NCBI RefSeq assembly: GCF_004010195.1
Contig: NC_057716.1
Span: 16,492,720-16,556,719 of the forward strand
Direction of reading: 5' to 3'
Length of the DNA stretch: 64,000 nt
DNA from: Chiloscyllium plagiosum
Taxonomy: Eukaryota
Shown here: positions 47,815 to 60,182 of the stretch, one piece after another
Layout of the letters: every line of letters begins with the position of its first letter
Numbering within the stretch: position 1 is the first letter of the stretch
Notes under the pieces: generated by a model
What the model was told of the DNA's origin: nothing
The model's input: the letters and a program-made list of their open reading frames with translations, nothing else
The model's database searches: none
Translations under genes and position numbers: made by a program

Positions 47815-49910
47815 AACTATTAGGTTCAAGAGTCATTTAGCACGGAATCTCTTCAGACCAACTCATCCGCACCAACCAGACATCCCAATCTATTTCAGTC
47901 CCATTTGCAAGCACCTGGCCCATACCCCTCCAAACACTTCCTATTCATATACCCATCCAGATGCCTTTCAAATGTTGCCATTGTACCAGCTTCCTCTCAT
48001 TCCACATGCACCACCCTCTGCGTGAAAAAGTTGCTCCTTAGGCCCTTTTTATGTTTTTCCTCTCTCACCTTAAACCTATGCCCTCTAGTTTTGGGCTCCC
48101 ACCCTAGGGACAAAGACCTTGTCTATTCACTCTATCCATGCCCCACGTGATTTTATAAACCTCTAGAAGGTCACCTCACAGTCTCTTTCACTCCAGGGAA
48201 AACAGCCCCAGCCTATTCAACCTTTCCCTATAGCTCAAATCCTCCAACTCTGGCAACACCCTTTTAAATCTTTGCTGAACCCTTACAAGTTTCACAACAT
48301 CCTTCCTGTAGCAGGGAGACCAGAATTGAACGCAGTATCCAAAAAATGTTCTGTACAGCCACAACTCCTATACCCAATAAAGGAAGAATTCCAAAATCAC
48401 AATCCTGTCTACCTAAGAGTGCACTTTAAAGGAACAATGAACTATGAACCAACATTTCTTTGGTCAGCAACACTCCCCAGGACCTTACCATAAGTGTACA
48501 CATACTGCTCGAATTTGCCTTTCCAAAATGCAACCCCTCACATTTATGTAAATTAAACGCCATCTGCCACTCCTTGGCCCATTGGCCCATCTGATCAGGG
48601 TCCCATTGTACTCGGAGATAATCATCTTCACTGTCCATTACATCAGCTATTTTGGTGTCATTTGTAAACTGACTTCATCATATCTCCTGTATTCACTTCC
48701 AAATCATTTGTATAAACAAAAAGCAGTGGACCCACCAGAGATCCTTGTGAGACACCACTGGTTGCAGGCCTCCAGTCCAAAAAGCAACCCTCTAATCACC
48801 ACCCCTCTATGCCCTGTTAGTGCGAAGGGAAGCTTGATAGGTGTTAGGGAATGCTGAACGACTACAGAAATTGAGGTGCTGGTCAAGAAAAAGAAGGAAG
48901 CATATGTCAGTTGGGATTGAGTGAATCTCTAGAAGAGTGTAAGAGCAGTTGAAGTATACTTAAGAGGAAAATCAGGAGGGCAAAAACGAGACACGACATA
49001 GCTCTGGCAAATAGACTCAAGGAGAATCCAAAGGGATTCTCCAAGTACATTAGTAGGAATTAGGGAGACAATAGGGCCCCTTAAAGATTAACATGGCCAT
49101 CTATACATCTATATGTGGAACCAGAGGAGATGGCTGAAATACTAAACCAATATTTCACAGCAATATATTTGTTGTGGAGGAAGATATAGAAGCTAGGGTA
49201 CTTGGGGAAATAAATAATGATGTCTTGAAAGAGTTCATATTATGGAAAAGGTGATCTTCCGTAAAGGTTGATAAATTTCCGCAGCCAGATGACCACATTA
49301 AGCTTTAAAGGGCCCTATGCTCTCCCTAGTTCCTCCTGATGTACTTGGAGAATCCGTTTAAATCCTTTTTAACTCTATTTGCCAAAGCTATGTCATGTCC
49401 CTTTTTGCCCTTCTGATCAGGTGTTTGCCAGAACTTTGTGGGAAGTGAGGGAAGAGATTGCTGGGCCCATAGCTGAGATATTTGAATCAGGATTTTACCT
49501 AGACTGAACTGTTTCAGTTCTGTGGAGAATGGGTTTTCTTGGAGCAGAGGAGGTTGAGAAGGAATACATTGAGATGCACAAAATGATGAGGGGCATAGAC
49601 AGGGTAAACAGGAAGGAACGTTTCCTCCCTCACTGGAGGGTACAGATAGAAGGTAAGGGATAGAAGATTTAAAGGGACGTGAGGATTTTCCCCAGACAGA
49701 GGATGGTGGCAATCTGGAACTCATTGCCTCTAAGACTGGCAGAGGCAGAAATCCACATAACATTTAAGGAGTATTTAGATGTGCTCTTGCAATGCCAAGT
49801 CATACAAAGTTATGGGCCAAGTGCTGGAAAATGGGGTTTAAATAGTTAGGCAATTGTGCTGGTCAAAAACACAGACTTGATGGGCTGAAGGGCCTTTTTT
49901 CTGTCCTTGT
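47815..49910. mobile_element. Rearranged CR1 cluster (-,+,-,+ segments)
   Basis: 47815-48810 minus (WQMAFNLHKCEGLHFGK), 48815-49290 plus, 49300-49420 minus, 49420-49910 plus 3' end. Confidence 0.85.
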
Positions 49911-49914
49911 AAAT

Positions 49915-50458
49915 ACAAATCGCCAGAGGCCTGCTCTCTCATTGGAGAGAGACAACTGGTGTGGTGATTTAACCAGAGGGTCACTAAGCCTCAGGCAGGG
50001 AAGAATTGAGAAGGATAGTCCTTTGTGGTAACCTCAGCTGATGCAGGAATTGAACCCACGCTGTGGGCTCAATTTGTGGGTGGCATGGTGGCACAGTGGT
50101 TAGCACTGCTGCCTCACAGCGCCTGAGACCCGGGTTCAATTCCCGCCTCAGGCGACTGACTGTGTGGAGTTTGCACGTTCTCCCAGTGTCTGCGTGGGTT
50201 TCCTCCGGGTGCTCCGGTTTCCTCCCACAGTCCAAAAGATGTGCAGGGTCAGGTGAATTGGCCATGCTAAATTGCCCGTAGTGTTAGGTAAGGGGTAAAT
50301 GTAGGGGTATGGGTGGGTTTCGCTTCGGCGGGTCGGTGTGGACTTGTTGGGCCGAAGGGCCTGTTTCCACACTGTAATGTAATCTAAAAAAAATCTAATG
50401 TTGGTGTCACTCTGCATTACTAACTAGCGATCCAGCCGACTGGGCGAACCAACTCCCA
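49915..50458 (-). mobile_element. Old tRNA-derived SINE split by the HE1 copy at 50078-50398
   Basis: B box (ggaattgaaccc on +) left of the insertion and A-box-like head (ccagccgactgggcgaacc) right of it. Confidence 0.6.
50078..50398 (+). mobile_element. Young full-length HE1-type SINE
   Basis: Intact A/B boxes, CpGs retained, (TAATC)n/A tail. Confidence 0.95.
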
Positions 50459-52377
50459 ACCCCTATGACTCAAATGCAAAATTCGACATGCTGGAAGAAA
50501 GATTAGTCAAGTGAGAAAATAACTTATACAATCATCTCAGGAGGCAAGTCAACTGAATGTGCAAAGTATGGTCAGGGGAACGCTCCAGAGTCCAGCTTCC
50601 AGTTAGCTCTGTTTCATTGAAGAGGCACAATTGAAGTGTACCTCTTCACGCTATCAGGAAGCAGTTCAAGTCTTTTGGCCCATATTTGTATGACTTGGGG
50701 CCCAGTCCCACTTGTTGCTCAACTTAAACTTGTCTCAAAACTTCTTGTTACTTTATTTGCTAATGGCTTTGTTTGTGATTGTGTCAAACTGCTAAAAAAG
50801 TAGTGTGTCGCCCATGAGGGCTAGCATGACAAAGTATTTACTGATTAGAAAGTAAACACATTCAGGAGAACATTCCTGAAAATAAACAGTGGAACTGGAG
50901 TGTAACTAGGGGAGAACGGGTAGTACTTGTTAAAAGACTCAGCCAACATGCTGGTTATGATTTAACGCTAAGTCAGAAGTCACTGGAATTTGCCCATCTG
51001 TGAGGTCTGTTTACATAAATTGTCATAAACTAAACAACAGAAACCATCACACACAATCATGTTAACACAGTAACTTTGTTATTTGAAAGGAATATTGAAC
51101 AACAGAGTCCAACATTGCTGTCTCTGGTCAGAATTTTTGAAAGTAAACGATAACTGTTTGTACCCAATGACCTCTCCCATCTTATACTGCACACTGCGAG
51201 CTCACTTCACATTATCCTCAAAGGAAATTATATCTTCCCAACAACACACTGGGAATGGGAAGAAGTCTTGCTCTCACCACTTAGTAACAAAATACTACAT
51301 CCTTTGATCTTCTTCAAAAATTCTGGAATGCCTCAACTCAAATATTAAGCAATCTTACTTCAACAGAAACCATCAATATTTACTGGTCAATAAATAACCC
51401 CTTAATAATGCCACAAACTTAAATAATTGCTGGAAAATGGTTTGCTTTTGGAGTGACAACTCTGCTCACCTTCTAGTGACACTGCACCAGAGAACAAGTA
51501 CTATTGGTCCTATCCTTATTTCTATTGCTTGGATTTCTCCTCCATTATGTTGTGGCAGGAATTTTAGGTGGGGGGGGGGGAAGAGAGGGAGGGAGGGAGG
51601 GAGAAGAGATCAGGTGACATTTTGCACCATCGTGCACCCCACAGAAGGTGGGCTCATATTAATAATCTCAACAAAGAACAAAATCCTTCATCTCTTGTTC
51701 ACACAACAAGAGGGACAATCAGACGGACAGTGCAGTTTCCAGGTCCAAAGACACCACTGAAAGTCAGCCAGGGAAAGCCACCGACAGGAACAAAATAAGG
51801 AAAACAAAAGACAATGATGTACTTAAAAGGTAGCTGAAAATTAATAGGTGATCCCAATGTATTGGTGGAGTTACAGGCTATTGGCTGCTGGACAGTATCA
51901 TTGATTGGGTGGAAAAGTGACAAATGGAATTCAATCTGGAGAACTGCGAGTTTATGGATTAGGGTGGGGACAGGAAGAAAAATAAGGAATGCACAATAAA
52001 CAAGATAATGAGAGAGGTAGAGGTTGTGAGGGAACACAACATTGCAATGATGATATTTACATTCACCAGCTGACCAAAACGTCACACAGTAACCATGGAA
52101 ACATGCAATGGGATCATGAGATCACATTTCACCACCAGTGACCTAGGCAAAGACTGGGTGTTCAATCAGCTGGTCCAAGAGTTGGGCAAGCTTCCACAGT
52201 GACTGCTGGATGGAGCAGAAGCCATGATCAGCAAATTATATGCAATTATTGGAATGAAAGGCGGCCATTCAGCCCCTTGAACATGTTCTGCCATTCAGTT
52301 AGAATACAACTAGTTTGTACCTAAATCCCAATGACTTGGTTTTGATCAGTTCTCCTGGAATGCACTGTCACTTCAAT

Positions 52378-52920
52378 CAGAGTCATACAGCATGGAAACA
52401 GACCCTTCAGTCCAATTCATCCCCCCCGACCAGATATCCTAAATTAATCTAGTCCCTTTTGCCAGCATTTGGCCCATATCCCTCCAAACCTTTCCCATAT
52501 GCCCATCCAGATGCCTTTTAAATGCTGTAACTGTACCAGCCTCCATCACCTTCTCTGGCAGCTCATTCCACCCTCTGCGTGAAAATGTTACCCCTCAAGT
52601 CCCTTTAAATCTGTTCTCTCTCACCTTAAACCTATGCCCTCTAGTTCTGGACTCCCCCACCCCAGGGAAAACACCTTGTCTTTTTATCTGACCTGTGCCC
52701 CTCATGACTTTATAAACCTCTGAGGTCATCCCTCAGCCTCCAATGCTCCCGGGAAAACAGCCCCAGCCTATTCAGCCTCTCCCTGTAGCTCAAATCCTCC
52801 AACCCTGGCAACATCCTTGTAAATCTTTCCTTAACCTTTGCAAGTTTCACAACATCCTTCTGATAAGCGGGAGACCAGAATTGAATGCAGTATTCCAAAA
52901 GCGGCCTCACCAATGTCCTG
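52378..52920 (-). mobile_element. CR1 3' fragment
   Basis: TLVRPLLEYCIQFWSP..ERFTRMLPGL..YRERLNRLGLFS. Confidence 0.93.
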
Positions 52921-53296
52921 ACATCTTTCACAAGATTTCAAATTATTTGTTGTTTCAGGTCAGGGTGCACCTCTCCGCTGAGTTTTAAATTGTCTGGTTC
53001 TTTAATTAAAATATCAATTTCCATTTTCCTGGCTACTTGGCTGGTTTCCCAATCACAAAACAACTGTTGCCTCTGTGAGCCTCAGCCGTTCCTCCATGAT
53101 ACCGCAGCAATCAGTCACCAAATTATCCTGTTCACCTTTCATTGCAAAATGGGACATTTTTACGTGGCAAAAAACAAACAGAGAAGAAAGCGAATCTCAG
53201 ATAAGGCTGCTAAAGGGTTCCTCCAGGAAGCTGCCACTTGATGTAGCATTGCCAGTTGATCTCAGTGGCTAAGCAATGAACAACACGAGAGCAGAA

Positions 53297-53334
<38 letters not shown>

Positions 53335-53451
53335 CATGTTCTGGCTTCAATTGCTATTCAAGTCAAAAATACTCAGCTGCTGATTGTGAACAGATTTCCA
53401 TGGTTCAATTTCCCAATGGGGACTATGTGCTATATCTGAGCTGGGCAGTGT

Positions 53452-53553
53452 ACAGAGAGACAAACACACACACACCAACAGAGAGACACGCACAGAGAGA
53501 CACGCACAGAGAGACACGCACAGAGAGACACGCACAGAGAGACACGCACACAC
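53452..53553. repeat. 14-bp (cacagagagacacg)n repeat
   Basis: Directly visible; a (CA)n tract also lies at 53301-53332. Confidence 0.9.
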
Positions 53554-54994
53554 AACCAACCAATGAGAGACGGGTCATTAACAAGCTTAATCCACATGCT
53601 CAACTCTTTAAGGGCACGCTGGACTGAGAGACCCGGGTTCAACTCCCACCTGACCCCGATATATGCAATAACCAATTTTCCAACCAAGAGATGTTAACTA
53701 AAACATAATAAAGAGAAAGAGAAAAACACATGGGAGAGGCTGCAAACTTCCAGTGCTGGAATGGATTTGAACAAAACTTGTTTCACGACTGCAGATAATC
53801 CAATTCCAGCCAATGCTTCGCACTGTTCCCCCTTACAAGTTGAGATGTCAAAATGGCTTCTGCACTGCTGCTCCAATGCTTTACTACTGTCTTGCAGAAG
53901 GATGGGATCTAAACACTGGAGACTGGTCTTCTGCTCAATAGTGGAATCAGGTGGTGGAATTTGGTCAGTGCACTGGCATCACAGCGCATTGTTCAACCAG
54001 CGTGTAAAGATGTTGGACGTCCTGGATTGTCTCAATCTCCTCAGTAACAAGCTCAACAGGCTCACTGCCTCTGGTCCACCGCAATTTAGAATCAGATTAA
54101 AGGTAGAACAAAGCATCTGCTCTGGCCAACCCTCAAGCACCAGCATCAAACTACCTTGATACACAAAGACTGGTTCACACTTCAATTCCCTCGGACAGAC
54201 TCAGGCTGGTGCTCCAGCTCCTAGACAGGAAAACAAAAGCACACAACACGCAGCTGCTCAAGCTCATAACCACCTTGGAAGGCAATTAATTGAGATGGTC
54301 CATAAATGACGTCCTTGCCTACAGTGCAGGCAGCACGGGTGAAAACTTGTCCAGCACTGGGAGAAAGCAAGCCCACTTGGGGAAAACCCAGCTTGAAGCA
54401 TCTGCAGGCCCATGGCTTAAAAAAAGAGACTGCAATATTTGACTTTTTAAAACTTATTTAATTTTCTACTTTTACATGAAGAAAGCTGTAGTGCTGAACT
54501 TTTAAAAAGTTGTGTTTTATTTTTCTACTGTTGCAACTAAGATTTTGTACTTTGTACCTAAGATGGTGCCATGGCAACAGTGTATGCTTTGCACTTTGCT
54601 CTTGTATCCCATACACGTGACAATAAAACCTCAACGCAAATCTTTTAAAAATGCACAAATCTTTGAATACTACTGCAATATCCAAACTTTAAACCAGAGG
54701 AGGACAAGGGGCTATCAGTGTGGTTAAGCATTCCCAAGCCTCAGTACAGTGTTCAGTGGTAGCCGTGTGTGACACATTGACAAGATGTACTGCAGCATGG
54801 CTCCCCAGCATCATCCGAAGCCATGACATCCACCATCCCCAAGAACCACGGGCACGTGAGAAAGCTAGCACCATGCAAGTCGCCCTGCAAACCATACACT
54901 GTCCTGACTTGGAAGCACAATGGTTATCCTTCAGTGTCACTGGGTCAAAATCCTGGAACTCCCTCCCTGGTCTCAATGTGGGTATACATACAGA

Positions 54995-55523
54995 ACTGAA
55001 ATTGTGTTGCTAGAAAAGCGCAGGTCAGGCAGCATCCAGGGAACAGGAGAATCGACTTTTCGGCCATAAGTCCTTCTTCAGGAATGAGGAAAGTTTGCCC
55101 AGCAGGCTAAGATAAAAGGTAGGGAGGAGGGACTTGGGGGAGGGGTGTCAGAAATGCGACAGGTGGAAAGAGGTCAAGGTGAGGGTGATAGGTCAGACTG
55201 GGGAGAGGTCAGGAAGGCAGTGCTAAGTTCGATGGATTTGACTGAGACAAGGTGGGGGGAGGGGAAATGAGGAAACTGGTGAAATCCGAGTTCATCCCTT
55301 GTGGTTGGAGGGTTCCTAGGCGGAAGATGAGGCGCTCTTCCTCCAACCGTCGTTTTGTTGTGGTCTGGCGATGGAGGAGTCCAAAGACCTGCATATCCTT
55401 GGTGCAGTGGGAGGGGGAGTTGAAGTGTTGAGCCACAGAGTGGTTGGGTTGGTTGGGTTGGTTGGGTTTCCAGCAACACATTTTCAGCTCTGATCTCCAG
55501 CATCTGCAGACCTCACTTTCTCC
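54995..55523 (-). mobile_element. 5'-truncated Penelope-like element (Neptune-like GIY-YIG C-terminus) with 3' pLTR and inverted 5' pLTR
   Basis: SVAQHFNSPSH..RRLEEERLIFRLGTLQPQGMNSDF; family A pLTR at 54995-55085 and inverted at 55468-55523; TSD tatacatacaga at 54983-54994 and 55524-55535. Confidence 0.93.
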
Positions 55524-56354
55524 TATACATACAGAGAACATCTGCCGGAACAGAACAAACTAAAGCTTTTCACAATCAAATACCTGTCAGATTTTGACCT
55601 TCTCCAACGGATAAATGAAACAGGATGAATGACCATCCTCAGCGTTCACTGGTTGCTTGACTAATGTGTTATACAACCATGTTTGTGTAGACGAACCTTA
55701 TAGTGCTTTGTATTAATACACAACCAATGAGAGATGGGTCATTAACAAGCTTAATCCACATGCTCAACTCTTCTCATTCCTCCTATTACAAAAGCACTTT
55801 CATTTCCCAAATCCAGAGACCATGTTCTACTTATCTTTTTACAACATGGGGTTGGGAGACTTCCACCTGTGATTTGGGAATCATATTTCAGGATTCTATC
55901 CACTTACAGTGAAAAAAGGATCTTGCACCCTTCACACTATCAAATCACTGCACAGTCAATGAAATACAAATGTAGAGATTAAAGCATCTGAGTCAACCTA
56001 CAGCTATGGACTTCAGTGATTCAAAAAGGCAGCTCCCCATAACTTTCACAAGGGCAACTAGGGACAGGCAGTAAAATGTTGGCCAGCCAGCAATGCCCAA
56101 CTTTCTCCAAACCAAGGATGGTTCATGTGTGGAGTGAAATGTCAGTGAAATTGGTAGATGCAGGTACAGTTACAACATTTAAAAGACATTTGGACTGGTA
56201 CATGAATAGAAAAGGTTTGGAGAGATATGGGCCAAATGCAGGCAAATGGGATTAGTTTGGTTTGGGAAAGCTGGTCGGCATGGACGAGTTGGACCAAAGG
56301 ATCTGTTTCCATGACGTATGCCTGTATGAGGGCATCCCACTTTTGTTTTGGTCC

Positions 56355-57560
56355 ATTCTTAATTGGCCTTGAGAAGCTGAGGTGAGCTGCCTTCTTGAAC
56401 TGCTGTAGCCCACATGACATAGTTACATCCAAATGCTGTTAGGGAGAGAATTCCAGGATTCTGGCACAAACAGTAAAGGAACAGTGATATATTTCCAAGT
56501 GACAATGGCTTCGAGGGGAACTTGAAGGTGACTGCGTTTCCATGTATCTGCAGCCCTTGGCCCTCTAGCTGGAGGTGGCCGTGGGTTTGGAATGTGCTGT
56601 CTGAGGATCTTTGGTGAATTTCTGCAGTGCACCTTGTACATAATACACACTGCTGTCCTTGCGTAAAGATGGTGCAGGGAAGGAATTATCAATTTGGTGG
56701 GTGAGGTCCCAATTAAGCAGGCTGTCCAGATGCACCCATCCAGGCAAGTGAGGAGTACACCATCACAATCCTGACTTGTGCCTTGTGGATGGTGGACATG
56801 CTTTTGGGAGTCAGGAGATGAGGTACATGCCGCAGTATTCCTCACCTCTGACCTGCTCTCGTAGCCACCATGTTTATGTGGCACGTCCAGCTCAGTTTCA
56901 TGTTAAGAGTAATTCCCAGGATGTTGCAGGTGGTGGCTAATAGTATTGGCATTGGATGCCAAGGGATAATGGTTAGAGTCTCTTTTTGGGGATAGTCATT
57001 GCTTGGCACTGGTATGACATGAATGGATTGGTGGATTGGCCATGTTAAATTGCTCTTAATATCCAGAGATATGCAGGCTAGTTGGATTAGCCACACCCAC
57101 ACTGTTGGGATTCTGTGATGCTATGACTCAATGATTCTGGGAATGTTAGTTGGCACTTATCAGCCTGAGGCTGAATATCATGCAGGTCTCACTCCATTTG
57201 GGTACAGACAGCTTCAGTATCTGAATTGTCATGAATGGTGCTGAACACTGTTTGAATTAGCAAGCATCCTCCTTCTGACCTTCTAATGGGAGGGAAAGTC
57301 AATAATAAAGCAGCTGAGTATGGTTGGGCCCAGGACACTATGCTTTCATAAATCCTGCAGAGGAGCCCTGGAGCACAGATGATTGACCTCCAATAACCAC
57401 AACCATCTTAAGTGTAAGACTTCAACCAGTGGAGAATTGAGCACACATTCCCATATGCCACCACTTTCTCATTATCATGGTTTTCCATTTTTCCAGGGTT
57501 CTTTAATGTCACACTTGGTCAAATATTGCCTTGATATCAAAGGCAGTCACTCTCACCTTG
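56355..57560 (-). mobile_element. Old CR1/Jockey-group LINE (RT to 3' end)
   Basis: VRVTAFDIKAIFDQV and ILGITLNMKLSWTCHINMVATRAGQR on the minus strand. Confidence 0.85.
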
Positions 57561-58444
57561 TGTGGGGCAAAAAAAAAATCAAGCACAGGAGGATCCCACA
57601 AACAGCGATGAGCAGGAATTCTTCCCTGTCCTTCTTTAGCAATTCCATGAGGGATAAAATGGGAGCCCCAGATGAACCTCCCCAGAGGAAGCGAGTCCGA
57701 GTGCAGGATTCCCTCAGCACTGCTTGAAGCATCCACCTTGGGCAGGGGCTCACAGCTCCTGGCAGGGTCTCCAACCCACCAACTTCCCACTCACCTCACA
57801 ACTGCGCTCGGCCTCAGCACAGAGTGAGTTCAAAATAACTGGACAGAATCAAAAAATGCTACACACAGGGTATGGAATGCAAGACGTTTTAACAGTACTG
57901 TGGGAATTTAGTTGCAGTCCAAACTGTCAAAGTACTGAGTTGGCAGTTTTGACCAAGCTCATCCTCTTTACCAGACAGCTCAAAGACAGTGACCTTATTA
58001 GTATGGCACACACAATTACAAACTCATTACTTCCTACTTATGTCCACGACCAATCTTGCAGTTCCTATTTTTTATTTGGAACTCCAGACACTCAAGATTG
58101 TAAAACTAACCAGTGGAAGACTTCCCGGTTCCCAGTGAGTGAGAGGTCTGACACTTCAACCCCCACTGAAGTCTCAAGAAGGAAGGGTCTCCTCAGGGGG
58201 GGGGTTGACAGTAACAAGGCTTTGATGGCAATGTGCTGATCTCCCAGCAAAACCTCTGAGGAAATTCTGCTTCAAGTTAGCACATGCTGCTACGGGTTCT
58301 CGGATTTAGGGAAGGCAAATGTGCAGAGCGAGAACTCGAGCCAGCAATTTCGAATAGTTGCGTGATTTATTTGTGTAAAACTGCCCCGAGAGCCAAGCAA
58401 CACCAAGCTAAACTTGACTTGAGCCAGTGTGGCAACTCCAAATA

Positions 58445-58633
58445 CAAGTCGTCCCCGGGTTACAAACGCCCCGTGTTTACGAACCGACCTCCGGCTTCTC
58501 ATTTATAAAAATCCAAGCTACCGAAAATATTTCGTCCTAACGAATGGGCGGACTACTTAGCCCGCATCTGTTCCGATTTAGGAACAGCGGGGGGGAAAAA
58601 AATGGAACTCATTCATAACCAGGGGTGTTCCTG
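58445..58633. mobile_element. Tigger-like MITE
   Basis: TA-caagtcgtccccgggttacaaacg ... cattcataaccaggggtgttcctg-TA: degenerate TIRs with TA on both sides. Confidence 0.75.
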
Positions 58634-59267
58634 TATACAGTACGCTGTTGAATGCAACACGCCTGCCGTTAGAAACCTGGCTGTCCGCTGATTTACTGAG
58701 AGAAATGTCCTGGAGAACTGGCTGATTTAAAAATAAATGAAGCGGTAAATCAATTGGAAGAAAATGGAAATTAAAAGTAAGAGGGATATCAAAGATTTAT
58801 TTCATCAAAGCTCTTTGCCAGAGTGGAGAATCTCCAAGGCAGCACCAGGACAAGTCAGAACTTGTTTTTAATAAGTACGTAGAAGGATTGGGTCTGGAAC
58901 GCATTTTTTTTTAAAACTCTTTTTTTTTTAAAAATAGCCTTATGGGTTCTGTGAAGTGAAAATGCAGCATGCAATCTCACTGGCTGCTCCACCAAGCAAC
59001 TGGCTGCCTGCCAGGCTCCAGCAGCTTGCACACCACGAAGACGCTAAACACTGACCGTGGTGAACCCAACCCTTACTGTCTATTGAGAGGCTTCAGCTGA
59101 TCTGAGAGAGAGAGAGAGAGAGAGTAAATATTGACTCAGGATTTCACTGGAGTTAACTCTCTGCACTCGCAAAACTTAGCGATAAACTATGCTGCTTGTT
59201 TCAGCTTTGTGCACTCATTTTGGGTCTTGCCTAGCTGAATGGATGAACCATTTATTTGTTGTCACAA

Positions 59268-60182
59268 ATAGAGTCGCAGATGTACAGCATGGAAACAGAC
59301 CCTTTGGTCCAAATCATCCATGCCGACCAGATATCCTAAATTATTCTTAGCCCCATTTGCCAGCATTGGGCCTATATCCCTCTGACCTCTGAACCCTTCC
59401 TATTCATAAACCCATCCAAATGCCTTTTAAATGTTGCAATTGTACCAGCCTCCACCACTTCCTCTGGCAGCTCATTCCATATACGCACCACCCTCTGCGT
59501 GAAAAAGTTGCCCCTTAGGTCCCTTTTAAATCTTTCCTCTCTCACCCTAAACCTACGCCTGCTCGTTTTAGACTCACCCACCCCTTGACTATTCACCCTA
59601 TCCAAGCCCTCATTATTTTATAAACCTGTGTAAAGGTCACCCCTCAGCCTCTGACACTCCAGGGAAATCAGCCTCTCCCTGTAGCTCAAATCCTCCAACC
59701 CTGGCAACATCCTTGTAAATCTTTTCTGAGCCCTTGCAAGTTTCACAACATACGTCCTATAGCAAGGAGACCAGAATTGCACGCAATATTCCAATAGTGG
59801 CCTAACCAATATACTGTATACTTGCAACATGACCTCTCAACTCTTATACTCAGAGCATTGAGCATAAGGAAAGCAGACCAAACGCCTTCCTCACTGTCCC
59901 ATCTATCTGTGACTCTACTTTCAAGGAGCTATGAATCTGCACTCCACGGTCTCTTTGTTCAGCAACGCTCCCTGGGACCTTACCATTAAGTGTATAGGTC
60001 CTGCTAAGATTTGTTTTCCCAAAATGCAGCACCTCATATTTATCTAAATTAAGCTCCATCTGCCACTTCTCAGCCCATTGGCCCATCTGGTCAACGTCCC
60101 GTTATACTCCGAGGTAACCTTCTTGGCTGTCCACTACACCATCTGTTTTGGTGTCATCTGCAAATTTATTAACTGTACCTAG
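59268..60182 (-). mobile_element. CR1 (HER1-like) 3' fragment
   Basis: WAEKWQMELNLDKYEVLHFGK, LVRPLLEYCVQFWSP, FFTQRVVRIWNELP. Confidence 0.95.

Noticed and set aside
50078-50150. tRNA-like A/B boxes as a tRNA gene
   Set aside because: It is the head of an HE1 SINE, continuing into the V-domain and LINE tail.
53694-54160. Long open frames on both strands in unique sequence
   Set aside because: No recognisable domain and no strong splice sites.
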